Position numbers and translations under genes: made by a program. The notes under the pieces were generated by a model. It saw only the letters and a program-made list of their open reading frames with translations. It ran no database searches and was not told the DNA's origin. This document shows, piece after piece, positions 28,694 through 37,459 of a stretch of 64,000 nucleotides of DNA. The stretch is from Myxococcota bacterium (GTDB lineage Bacteria > Myxococcota_A > UBA9160 > UBA6930), in NCBI GenBank assembly GCA_965223415.1, contig OZ245002.1, positions 3,104,001-3,168,000 on the forward strand. The letters are read 5' to 3'. Each line of letters starts with the position of its first letter. Position 1 is the stretch's first letter.

Positions 28694-30258
28694 AGGAGCT
28701 GATCTTCCCCCATCTGTACTTCCCCACCATGGAGCAGTACGGAGACAAGGAGGGCATCGTCGACGGTGCCTATCGCAGCACCTGGAACGAGCACACGGAG
28801 CGCGTCGCCCGGCTCACCCATGCGCTGGCTCACCAGCTCGGCGTGGCGGCGCCGGACCGCTTCGCCGTCCTCGCCCTGAACAGCCACCAATACCTGGAGC
28901 TCTGGCACGCGGCCTTCATGGGCGCCGGCGTCATCAACCCGCTCAACCTGCGCCTCGCGCCGAAGGAGCTGGCCTACATCCTCCAGGATTCCGCCAGCGA
29001 GGTGGTGTTCGCGGATCCCACCTTCGCTCCCCTGGTGGCGGCAGCCCGCAAGGAGATGGAGGGGGACGATCCCATCCGCCACGTCGTGTTGATCGGCGAG
29101 GGCGACGTGCCCCACGACCTGGCTTACGAGGAGCTGCTCGCCGCCGCAGCCCCCGAGCTCTGCGCCGAGCCCGAGGAGACCGATCCGGTCGTGCTCATGT
29201 ACACGGGTGGCACCACCGGGCTCCCCAAGGGGGTGCTGATCGAGCACCGCGCCGAGATCCTGAACATGTACCACGGCGCCATGACGATCCCCGGCCTCCA
29301 GATCGAGACCTACCTGATGCAGACGCCCATGTTCCACGCGGCGTCGATGATGGGAATCCTCGGCTCCGGTGCCTACGGTGGGCGCGTCGTGTTCATTCCG
29401 ATGTTCAACCCGGACCAGGTGATGGACCTGATCGAGGAGCACGGGGTCACGGACACCCTGATGGTGCCGACGATGATCGGCATGTGTCTCGCCAGCGAGC
29501 GATACCGTCCCGAGCGGCTCGCCTCCCTGCGCCAGCTGATCTACGGCGCCTCGCCGATGCCCGCCGCGATCCTCGCCCAGCTCCAGCGCGATCTCCCGGA
29601 ACTCCAGCTCATCCAGGGCTACGGCATGACCGAGAGCTGCTCGACGGTCACGCTGCTGCTGCCGGAAGACCACGAGCCGGGCTCGCCGCGCCTGCGCTCG
29701 GTGGGCAAGCCCGCCCTGGGCATCCAGGTCTCGACCCAGGACGAGGGAGGCAACGTGCTGCCTCGCGGCCAGATCGGCGAGGTGTGCGTCCGGGGCGGCC
29801 AGCTCATGCGCGAGTACTGGAACAAGCCCGACGCCACCGAGGAGGTCTTCCAGGGCGGCTGGTACCACACCGGCGATGCTGGCTACATCGACGAGGACGG
29901 CTACCTCTTCCTGGTCGACCGCGTGAAGGACATGATCGTGACCGGCGGCGAGAACGTCTACTCCGCCGAGGTCGAGTCGGCGATCAGCACCCACCCCGGC
30001 GTCGCCCAGGTGGCGGTGATCGGGATCCCCCACGAGCGTTGGGGTGAAGCCGTGCATGCGATCGTGGTTCCGGCGCCAGGGGTGGAGGTCACCGTCGAGG
30101 TGATCATCGAGCACGCCCGCGCGTCGATCGCGGGGTACAAGGTGCCGAAGTCGGTGGACTTCCGGGAGGAGCCGCTGCCGCTCTCCGGGGCGATGAAGGT
30201 GTTGAAGAGGGATCTTCGCGCGCCGTATTGGGAGGGGCGGGAGAAGAAGATCGGGTAG
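28690..30258 (+). CDS. Long-chain fatty acid--CoA ligase
   Basis: YTGGTTGLPKG, QGYGMTE, TGDAG, DRVKDMIVTGGEN, YKVPK; GTG overlapping the upstream stop. Confidence 0.93.
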   Translation: MKELIFPHLYFPTMEQYGDKEGIVDGAYRSTWNEHTERVARLTHALAHQLGVAAPDRFAVLALNSHQYLELWHAAFMGAGVINPLNLRLAPKELAYILQDSASEVVFADPTFAPLVAAARKEMEGDDPIRHVVLIGEGDVPHDLAYEELLAAAAPELCAEPEETDPVVLMYTGGTTGLPKGVLIEHRAEILNMYHGAMTIPGLQIETYLMQTPMFHAASMMGILGSGAYGGRVVFIPMFNPDQVMDLIEEHGVTDTLMVPTMIGMCLASERYRPERLASLRQLIYGASPMPAAILAQLQRDLPELQLIQGYGMTESCSTVTLLLPEDHEPGSPRLRSVGKPALGIQVSTQDEGGNVLPRGQIGEVCVRGGQLMREYWNKPDATEEVFQGGWYHTGDAGYIDEDGYLFLVDRVKDMIVTGGENVYSAEVESAISTHPGVAQVAVIGIPHERWGEAVHAIVVPAPGVEVTVEVIIEHARASIAGYKVPKSVDFREEPLPLSGAMKVLKRDLRAPYWEGREKKIG

Positions 30259-30267
30259 GGGCCTGCT

Positions 30268-31500
30268 TCAGAGCTTCCGCGTCCGCGCGATCTCCCCCAG
30301 CCTCCGGGCGCTCGGCTTCGCCGTTCGCGCCTGGCTCGCCCGGTCCACCCCGATCAGGCCGAACTGGGGGCGGTAGCCGAGGAGCCACTCGAAGTTGTCG
30401 AGGGTGGACCAGTAGAAGTAGGCGCGGACGTCGACGCCGTCGGCCAGCGTACGGGCGACTCCTGCGAGGGCCTCCTCGAAGAAGGCGATGCGGCGTGTGT
30501 CGTCGGCGGTAGCGATGCCGTTCTCGGTGACCCAGATCGGAACGCCCGTGGCCTCGGCGGTGCTGCGGACGGTGGCCTCGAGGGATTGCGGGCGGAACTC
30601 GTAGCCCATCTGGGTCGTCTCGACGCCGGGCTTGGGCGGGAGCGGGCCGTCGGGGCCAAATACGGTGCGCGTGTAGGTCTGGACGCCGACGAAGTCGTCG
30701 CCGCGGGCGAGCTCGAGCCATGGGGCGAAGGCGTCGGCGTGCTTGGCCGCCTCGTGGGGCTCGCCGCCGGGGATGGACTGGTCCTCGGAGATGGCGAGGG
30801 TGACGCCTACCGGGGCGTCGCCGGGTCCCGCGCGCAGGGCCTCCGCGCTGGTTCGGTGGGCCTGCAACAGGTGTTCCTGCATGCGGTCCAGGTCGCCGAA
30901 CACGAAGCTGCGGAAGCGGTCGCTGCCGCAGCGCTTCGCCGCCTGCTCGAGGAAGGGTCGGCTCGTCAGCACTTCCGTGGGCGGCAGCACGCCGTCGTGC
31001 TGGAGCATCTTGCCGAGGTCCGGCTCGTTGAGGGTGCATGCGGCGCCCCAAAGGTCGCCCAGGTGAGCCGAGACCCGCTCCGCATAGCGTGTGAAGAGAG
31101 CGGGACTCTCCGGGTCTTCCCAGCCGCCGCGGGCTGCCAGCCAGATCGGCGAGGTGAAGTGGTAGAGGGTCACGACGGGAAGCAGGTCGTGCTCCCGGCA
31201 GCAAGCGACCATCCGGCGGTAGTGATCGAGGGCCGCGAGCGAGAACACGCCGGGCTCCGGCTCGATCCGCGCCCACTCGACCGAGAAGCGGTAGGCCTGC
31301 AGGCCGAGGGAGGCCATCAGGGCGATGTCCTCCCGGTAGCGGTGGTAGTGGTCGCAGGCGTCGCCGGAGGGCTCGGCGAAGGGGCTCTCGGCGAGGTGCT
31401 CGAGCAGCCAGAAGTCGCTCGCGACGTTGCCGCCCTCGACCTGGTGGGCGGCGGTCGCGGAGCCGATCAGAAAATCCTCGGGGAAGGCCGGGCCGGGCAT
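30268..31500 (-). CDS. Glycoside hydrolase family 1 (beta-glucosidase)
   Basis: ATAAHQVEG, YRFSVEWARIEP, TLNEP, VTENG, DNFEW. Confidence 0.95.
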   Translation of the reverse strand: MPGPAFPEDFLIGSATAAHQVEGGNVASDFWLLEHLAESPFAEPSGDACDHYHRYREDIALMASLGLQAYRFSVEWARIEPEPGVFSLAALDHYRRMVACCREHDLLPVVTLYHFTSPIWLAARGGWEDPESPALFTRYAERVSAHLGDLWGAACTLNEPDLGKMLQHDGVLPPTEVLTSRPFLEQAAKRCGSDRFRSFVFGDLDRMQEHLLQAHRTSAEALRAGPGDAPVGVTLAISEDQSIPGGEPHEAAKHADAFAPWLELARGDDFVGVQTYTRTVFGPDGPLPPKPGVETTQMGYEFRPQSLEATVRSTAEATGVPIWVTENGIATADDTRRIAFFEEALAGVARTLADGVDVRAYFYWSTLDNFEWLLGYRPQFGLIGVDRASQARTAKPSARRLGEIARTRKL

Positions 31501-31527
31501 GGGCGCCGAGCCTAGCGCCCTGGCGGC

Positions 31528-31839
31528 CTAGAGCGTGGTCAGCCAGGCGGTCCACAGGGCGGCGAGCACGCCGGCGAAGAGCAGCTGCAGGACGCGCAGC
31601 GCGCGGACCCAGCGAAGGAGATCCGCGTCGCCCAGGGCGGCGGCGCGGCGGGACCAGTAGAAGCGGGTGAGGGCGGCGCTGGGCCCGACGCCGCGCGGGA
31701 GGAGCGTCGGTCGGCCGAGCTCCTCGAAGACGCCCGGGTGCCCGCTGCGCAGCCGCGCCAGGATCCGCGCCGAGGCGACCAGCAGGGCCGCGAGCACGAT
31801 CCAGAAGGCGTCGAAGGGCACGAAGGGGAGGGCGGGCAT
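31528..31839 (-). CDS. Small hypothetical membrane protein
   Basis: Two hydrophobic segments; ATG 31839. Confidence 0.55.
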   Translation of the reverse strand: MPALPFVPFDAFWIVLAALLVASARILARLRSGHPGVFEELGRPTLLPRGVGPSAALTRFYWSRRAAALGDADLLRWVRALRVLQLLFAGVLAALWTAWLTTL

Positions 31840-31888
31840 GTGGTCGTGGGTACCGCTTCCGGGACGCGAAGTGACGTATCTTCGCGCC

Positions 31889-33187
31889 ATGGCCGCGTCC
31901 CGTGCCGCTGGTGCCCTCGACGACGTCCGGGTGCTCGAGTTCGCCCAGGCGCTGGCGGTGCCCTCCTGCGGCGCGCTCCTCGCCGACATGGGCGCCGACG
32001 TCGTGAAGATCGAGCCGCCCCGCGGCGATACCTACCGGCTCCAGAACCGCAGCTCGGTTCCCGGCGAGGGGCGCGACTTCGCCATCTGCAACCGGGGCAA
32101 GCGCAGCCTGTGCCTCGACCTGGGGCACCCCGAGAGCCAGGAGGTGGTCGACCGGCTCGTGGTCGGGGCCGACGTGGTGCTCGTCTCCTTCAAGCCGACG
32201 GACCTGGAGCGCTACGGCCTCGGCTACGAGCGGCTGCGCGCCCTGCATCCGGAGCTCGTCTATCTCGAGAACACGCCCTACGGCCGCAAGGGGCCTCACG
32301 GCGAGGACGGCGGCTACGACGTGGTCGCCATGGGGCTGTCGGGCCTCTCGGCGGTGGTCGCGACGCCCCAGGGCGACACGCCGCGCTTTGTGCGGCCAGC
32401 CTTTGCGGACATCGGCACCGGGCTGGTCTCGGCCCTCGCCGTCGTGGCGGCGCTCCGGCACCGGGACCGCACCGGGGAAGGGCAGCGGGTGCACACCTCG
32501 CTCCTGCACACGGCCCTCGGCTTCGCGGCCCCGATGATCCACCGCTTCGAGGATCTCGACGGGGATCACTGGGACGCCTTCACGTCGAAGCTGGAGACCC
32601 AGCGCGGGGAGGGGGCCGGCTTCGACGCCCAGCAGGCCAGCTGGTACGAGCACTTCGACGTGTCGCCGGTCGGCAACGTCTACTTCCGTCACTATCGGAC
32701 GAAGGACGGCTTCCTCTCGGTGGGCTGCCTCTCACCGCGCCTGAACGAGCGCTTCCGGGAGGCGACGGGCCTCGTCGACCCGCGGCGCACGGGCTTCCTG
32801 GAGCGGGGCTCGCCGGAGGAGGCGAAGGCCCTCGTCCTCTTGCGGGACGAGGCCGAGGCGCTGCTCGCCTCGCGGACCACCGGGGAGTGGCTCGCCCGCT
32901 TCCAGGAGCATGGCGTGCCCGCCGCCCGGCTCAACTTCCCGACCGAGATCTTCGATGATCCCCAGGCCCGCGCGAACGGCTACGTCGAGGAGCGCGAGCA
33001 CCCCCGGCTCGGCCGCTACCACACGGTGACGCCGCCCCTCAGGATGGAGGCGTCGCCGGTCCACACCCGAGGGCCGTCGCCCGGCCTCGGCGCCCACACC
33101 GACGCCATCCTGTCGGAAGCCGGCTTCAGCGCCGACGAGCGCGAGATGCTCATCGCCGCCGGTGTCGCAGGTCCGCAGCGACGCTAG
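31889..33187 (+). CDS. Family III CoA-transferase
   Basis: ALDDVRVLEF, LADMGADVVKIEPP, NRGKRS, GYD, PGLGAHT. Confidence 0.92.
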   Translation: MAASRAAGALDDVRVLEFAQALAVPSCGALLADMGADVVKIEPPRGDTYRLQNRSSVPGEGRDFAICNRGKRSLCLDLGHPESQEVVDRLVVGADVVLVSFKPTDLERYGLGYERLRALHPELVYLENTPYGRKGPHGEDGGYDVVAMGLSGLSAVVATPQGDTPRFVRPAFADIGTGLVSALAVVAALRHRDRTGEGQRVHTSLLHTALGFAAPMIHRFEDLDGDHWDAFTSKLETQRGEGAGFDAQQASWYEHFDVSPVGNVYFRHYRTKDGFLSVGCLSPRLNERFREATGLVDPRRTGFLERGSPEEAKALVLLRDEAEALLASRTTGEWLARFQEHGVPAARLNFPTEIFDDPQARANGYVEEREHPRLGRYHTVTPPLRMEASPVHTRGPSPGLGAHTDAILSEAGFSADEREMLIAAGVAGPQRR

Positions 33188-33225
33188 GTGCGCCAACAAC
33201 CTAACAAACGGAACCGGCCCCCAAC

Positions 33226-34344
33226 TTAACGGTCGAGGACGTCGGTGGCGATGAGCTCTTCGAGGTAGGGGGGGTTCCACCAGGAGAGCTGCATCTCCTT
33301 GGCGCGGCGGAAGTACATCTGGGTGTCGTACTCGATGGTGAAGGCGACGCCGCCCCAGATCTGGGCGCACTTCCGGGTCACCCACTGGTAGGTGTTGCAG
33401 GCGAAGAGCTTGGCCATCGGGGCGAGCCGGACGATGGATCGGCCCTGGGCCCGGTTCCAGGCGGCCTCGTGGACGAGCACCCGCCCGCCGTCGATGTGGG
33501 TCGAGGCGTCGGCCATGTAGTGGGCCAGGGCCTGGAAGGCGCCCAGGGGCTTGTCGAACTGCTTGCGCACCTTGGCGTACTCGACGGTGCCTTCGAGGCA
33601 CCTGGCCGCGCCGCCGATGGCCTGGGCGGCCTGCAGGATGAGGCCGTCGTGGAGCACCCGGCTCCAGGTGTCCCAACCCGTCCCCGCCGCCCCGAGGCGG
33701 GCGCTGGCCGGCACGCGCACGTCGGAGAAGTCGACCCGGTAGTGGGGCTCGTTCGACTGGGAGAGGACCTGGGTGAGCTTCATGCCGTCGCTCGCCGGGT
33801 CGACGAGCAGGAGCTCCACGCCGTCGTCGCTGCGGGCCAGCACGACGAGCCGGTCGGCGGAGCTGGCGTAGTTCACGTGGCGCTTCACACCTGTGAGGAC
33901 GTACGCGTCGCCCTCCCGCTTGGCGGTGAGCTTCACGCCCTCCGGGCCGAAGCCGCGATCGGGCTCGAGCCACGCCGGCGTCAGGATCGCCTCGCCGCCG
34001 GCGATCTTCGCGAGCCACTCCTCCTGCTGGGCCTCGCTGCCCGCTTCGAGGAGCAGCCCGGCCGAGAGCACGGCGCTCACGAAGTGCGGGGTCGGCGCCA
34101 TGGCCCGGCCCAGCTCCTCGTAGATCAGCGCCGCCTCGAGCATCCCGAGGCCGCCGCCGCCGTGGCTCTCGGGGATCAGTACGCCCGTGAGCCCGGCCTC
34201 CGCCATCTGCTTCCAGAGAGCGTCCGGATAGCCCTTCGGGTCGTTCTCCATCTCGCGGACCACGTCCACCGGGCAGTGCTCGTCGAGCAGCGCCCGGCTC
34301 ATGTCCTGGATCATCTGCTGCTCTTCGCTGAGCGTGAGGTCCAT
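33226..34344 (-). CDS. Acyl-CoA dehydrogenase (likely partner subunit of a heteromeric pair)
   Basis: MDLTLSEEQ, RKQFDKPLGAFQAL, QIWGGVAFT. Confidence 0.9.
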   Translation of the reverse strand: MDLTLSEEQQMIQDMSRALLDEHCPVDVVREMENDPKGYPDALWKQMAEAGLTGVLIPESHGGGGLGMLEAALIYEELGRAMAPTPHFVSAVLSAGLLLEAGSEAQQEEWLAKIAGGEAILTPAWLEPDRGFGPEGVKLTAKREGDAYVLTGVKRHVNYASSADRLVVLARSDDGVELLLVDPASDGMKLTQVLSQSNEPHYRVDFSDVRVPASARLGAAGTGWDTWSRVLHDGLILQAAQAIGGAARCLEGTVEYAKVRKQFDKPLGAFQALAHYMADASTHIDGGRVLVHEAAWNRAQGRSIVRLAPMAKLFACNTYQWVTRKCAQIWGGVAFTIEYDTQMYFRRAKEMQLSWWNPPYLEELIATDVLDR

Positions 34345-34352
34345 GGGGTCCC

Positions 34353-35534
34353 CTAGAAGTTCTTGGGCAGGCCGAGGTGGCGCCGCGCGATGATGTTCTT
34401 CTGGATCTCGGAGCCGCCGCCGCCGACCGTCTCGTTCATGGTCGCCCGGTAGGCGCCCTCGAAGCGGCCGCGGATCGGCGCCTCGTCCTGGCCCTCGCGG
34501 ATGGTCCCCTCGACCCCGGTGAGGTCCAGGGCCTCGTCGCAGACCCGCTGGGAGAGGGTGGTGGTGAAGAGCTTGTATTGGGACGAAGGGATGGTCGGCG
34601 GCTTCCCCCCGGCCATCGCAGCGCACACGAAGCGGGTGCTGAGGGCCTTCGCCACTGCCGTATCCGTGACGATGTTGGCGATCGTCCGGCGCACGTTCGG
34701 GTCCTCGCGCAGGGGCTCGTCGTCGCGCGTCGCGGTCTTGACCCACTCGACCAGCACGCGCGTGCGGTCGGCGATGGGCGACAGGGTGAACATGGTGAAG
34801 CGCTCGAGATCGAGGGCCTCGGAGATCATCTGGAAGCCCTGGCCGCGCTTGCCGACCAGGTACGCGTCCGGCACGAAGACGTCGGTGAAGAACACCTGGT
34901 TCGTCGTGTCCTTGCCGATCGTCGGCAGGCTCTGGATCTCGAGGCCCTCGTGGTCCATCGGGATCAGGAAGAGGGAGAGGCCGTCGTGCTTCGGCTTGTC
35001 CGGGTCGGTGCGGGCGCCCACCCAGTACCAGTCGGCGAAGTGGGCGGAGGTGGTCCACATCTTCTGGCCGTTCAAGAGCCAGCCGCCGTCCACCTTCTCG
35101 GCCTTGAGCTGCATGTTCGCGGCGTCCGAGCCGGCCTCGGGCTCGCTGTAGCCCACCGCGAACTCGACCTCGGCGGCGAGGATCTTCGGCAGGAACTCCT
35201 GCTTCAGGAAGTCGCTGCCGTGGCGGATCAGGGTCTTGCCGATGATGCCGACGCCCTTGCCGATCTGCGGCGCCGCGTGGCGGGAGAGCGCCTCGTTCAG
35301 GATGAACTCGTAGACGCCCTCGATCTCCTGGCCGCCGTACTCCTTCGGCCACGACATCCCGAGCCAGCCCTTGGCGGCGAGCTTCTTCATGAACGCCCGG
35401 CGCTCCGGGGTGTCCGCGAGCTGGGTGAAGTTCTCGCGGGTCGGGTCCATCACGACCGGGTCGTGATTTTCGACGAGCCAGGCCTCGACCTCGTCGGCGA
35501 ATTTCTGCTCTTCGGGGGAGAAATCGAAGTCCAC
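34353..35534 (-). CDS. Acyl-CoA dehydrogenase
   Basis: GYSEPEAGSD, NGQKMWTT, TVGGGGSEIQKNIIARRHLGLP. Confidence 0.92.
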   Translation of the reverse strand: MDFDFSPEEQKFADEVEAWLVENHDPVVMDPTRENFTQLADTPERRAFMKKLAAKGWLGMSWPKEYGGQEIEGVYEFILNEALSRHAAPQIGKGVGIIGKTLIRHGSDFLKQEFLPKILAAEVEFAVGYSEPEAGSDAANMQLKAEKVDGGWLLNGQKMWTTSAHFADWYWVGARTDPDKPKHDGLSLFLIPMDHEGLEIQSLPTIGKDTTNQVFFTDVFVPDAYLVGKRGQGFQMISEALDLERFTMFTLSPIADRTRVLVEWVKTATRDDEPLREDPNVRRTIANIVTDTAVAKALSTRFVCAAMAGGKPPTIPSSQYKLFTTTLSQRVCDEALDLTGVEGTIREGQDEAPIRGRFEGAYRATMNETVGGGGSEIQKNIIARRHLGLPKNF

Positions 35535-35558
35535 GGCGTCCTCCTCGGAATGCAGGGA

Positions 35559-35587
35559 ATCATATACGATACGGACCGTATTGTAAA
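35559..35587 (-). promoter_or_regulatory. Sigma70-type promoter overlapped by an operator-like palindrome
   Basis: Minus strand TTTACA-N17-TATGAT; TACGATACGG-A-CCGTATTGTA (35565-35585) is an inverted repeat with one mismatch. Confidence 0.7.
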
Positions 35588-35623
35588 CGAGCCCCGTGGG
35601 GACCGTGGAGTCCGCGGGCGCTC

Positions 35624-36058
35624 CTACTCCGGCGGGCGGACCGTCACGTAGACGGCGCCGAGCAGGCAGCGGCCGGTGACCACCAGCAGCAGCGGCTCGC
35701 CTTCCGCGGACACCGGGCTGTCCCCCTCCGGCTCGCCGGTGATCATCCGGCGCACGATCGAGCGCACCCGCGGCCGCTCGCCGCGCTGCCTCACCTCGCC
35801 GAACATGCAGCGCACGCCCTCCAGGCGGATCTCCGCGTCCGGCGGGACGATCAGGTCGATCTGTCCCATCAAGGCGTCGCAGCGCACCTCGACGATGCCG
35901 TCGCTCGGCAGCTCCGCGTCGCGGAAGTCGAGGGTCACCTCGCCCATCAGCGCGCGGGCCAGGATCTTCTCGGCCGCGATCCAGGGCCCCGAGCGCTCGA
36001 GCGCGCCGAGCATTCCGCGAACGACGTCGCGGGTGATCGGAACGGGGAGGTCGCTCAC
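35624..36058 (-). CDS. Hypothetical protein, LiaF/DUF2154-like C-terminal domain
   Basis: ALMGEVTLDFRDA, ALMGQIDLIVPP, MFGEV, CLLGAVYV pattern; GTG overlapping upstream stop. Confidence 0.6.
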   Translation of the reverse strand: MSDLPVPITRDVVRGMLGALERSGPWIAAEKILARALMGEVTLDFRDAELPSDGIVEVRCDALMGQIDLIVPPDAEIRLEGVRCMFGEVRQRGERPRVRSIVRRMITGEPEGDSPVSAEGEPLLLVVTGRCLLGAVYVTVRPPE

Positions 36059-37413
36059 CCCGTGAGCCTCTGCATGCGCGCGCCGCGCAGCTCCTTCGCC
36101 ACCGGATCGACCAGGAACTCCTGGCGCTGGACCCGTCGGATGAAGTAGCGGAGGAGCTCTGCGTCCCGCTCGCCGGTGTTCTTCGCCACCAGCTCCTCCA
36201 ACGCGGCGTCCCGTTCCTGCCACGACCCGGGGCGCCGGCCGAGCAGGGCGCCGGCCTCGTCCAGATCCTCCGCCTCCAGGGCCGCGCCGTAGCGGTCCGC
36301 CCGGCGCAGGAACTCCGCGCCCCGTTGCACGGACTCGAGCTGATAGGCCTCGTAGGGATCCTCCCGCTCGAGCTTCGCGAGCCGCGCCTGCAGCACGTCG
36401 TGCCCGATCGCCCAGGGCGAGAGGGTCTCCTCGGGCAGCTCGGCCGGTGGCACCTCCAGGCCTTCCAGGTGCGCCATCAGCTCGAGGGGACAGCGGGCGT
36501 AGACCAGGTACCAGACCAGGTACTGGAGGAAGTCCGTCGCCGGCGTCGGCGCCGCCACCTGCACGGCGGTGGCCAGGGGCGTCACCATGCCGAAGCGGAT
36601 CGCGTGGTAGAGGACCGCCCGGCGATCGACCGCGAGGCCCGCGTGCTTCTCATAGGTGCGGACCGCGTCCTCCAGGTCGCCCAGCGGCTCGCTGAGGTCG
36701 CGGTTGAGCAGGCCCCCCAGGTCGGCCACCGGGTCGCCCACGTAGGCCAGCTCCACGTCGATCACCGCCGTCACCCGCCCCTGGTCGAACAGGAACTGGC
36801 CCGAGTCGCCGACGACGAAGGAGGTCTGCTCGCGATCTCGCGGCACGTTGCGGCGAAGCCAGTCCACGCCGAACTCGATCAGCGGCTCCGGGCGCTGCTT
36901 CGTGCTCCGGAAGGAGGCGACCCACACGTCGAGATCGCCGAGGCCGCGCTCCTCCGGCGTCTCCGGGATCGTGAAGCCCGCCGCGCGGAAGTCGGCCAGA
37001 TCGATGCGGTGGATCTGCGCCAGGATCTCCATGTAGTGATCGCGCACCGCCTTGCGCTCCGCCTCGCTCTCGGCGGTGGCGAGGTTGAAGCGCCCCGGCG
37101 CCTTGTCCATCACGATCGCGTCCGGCACGTCGCAGTAGCCGTAGACGTGGGGAACGGGCACGCCGTGCTTCTCCATGAGCTGCAGGCAGGCGCACTCGTG
37201 GCGGAGCTGGTCGGCGCCGCCGGCGGCCTCGGGGCGGGCGCCGCGCACGTAGATGGGCACGCGGCTGCCGTCCTTCCGCTCCACCTCCAGGAACCAGGCG
37301 GGACGCCAGCGGGGCTGGCGCTCGGCGGCGACGATGGGCCCGCCCACCTTCGCCTCGACGAAGTCGAAGGCGGCTTGCCAATCCGGGGCCAGGTCGTCGC
37401 GGGGAGAAGCCAT
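36055..37413 (-). CDS. Aminoglycoside-phosphotransferase-like (APH/kinase fold) protein
   Basis: GVPVPHVYG, VVGDSGQFLF...AVIDVELAYVGDPVADL. Confidence 0.8.
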   Translation of the reverse strand: MASPRDDLAPDWQAAFDFVEAKVGGPIVAAERQPRWRPAWFLEVERKDGSRVPIYVRGARPEAAGGADQLRHECACLQLMEKHGVPVPHVYGYCDVPDAIVMDKAPGRFNLATAESEAERKAVRDHYMEILAQIHRIDLADFRAAGFTIPETPEERGLGDLDVWVASFRSTKQRPEPLIEFGVDWLRRNVPRDREQTSFVVGDSGQFLFDQGRVTAVIDVELAYVGDPVADLGGLLNRDLSEPLGDLEDAVRTYEKHAGLAVDRRAVLYHAIRFGMVTPLATAVQVAAPTPATDFLQYLVWYLVYARCPLELMAHLEGLEVPPAELPEETLSPWAIGHDVLQARLAKLEREDPYEAYQLESVQRGAEFLRRADRYGAALEAEDLDEAGALLGRRPGSWQERDAALEELVAKNTGERDAELLRYFIRRVQRQEFLVDPVAKELRGARMQRLTG

Positions 37414-37459
37414 GGCCCAGTGCTACCGCAGGCCTCGGGCCGGGGCTACAGGGCCCGCA

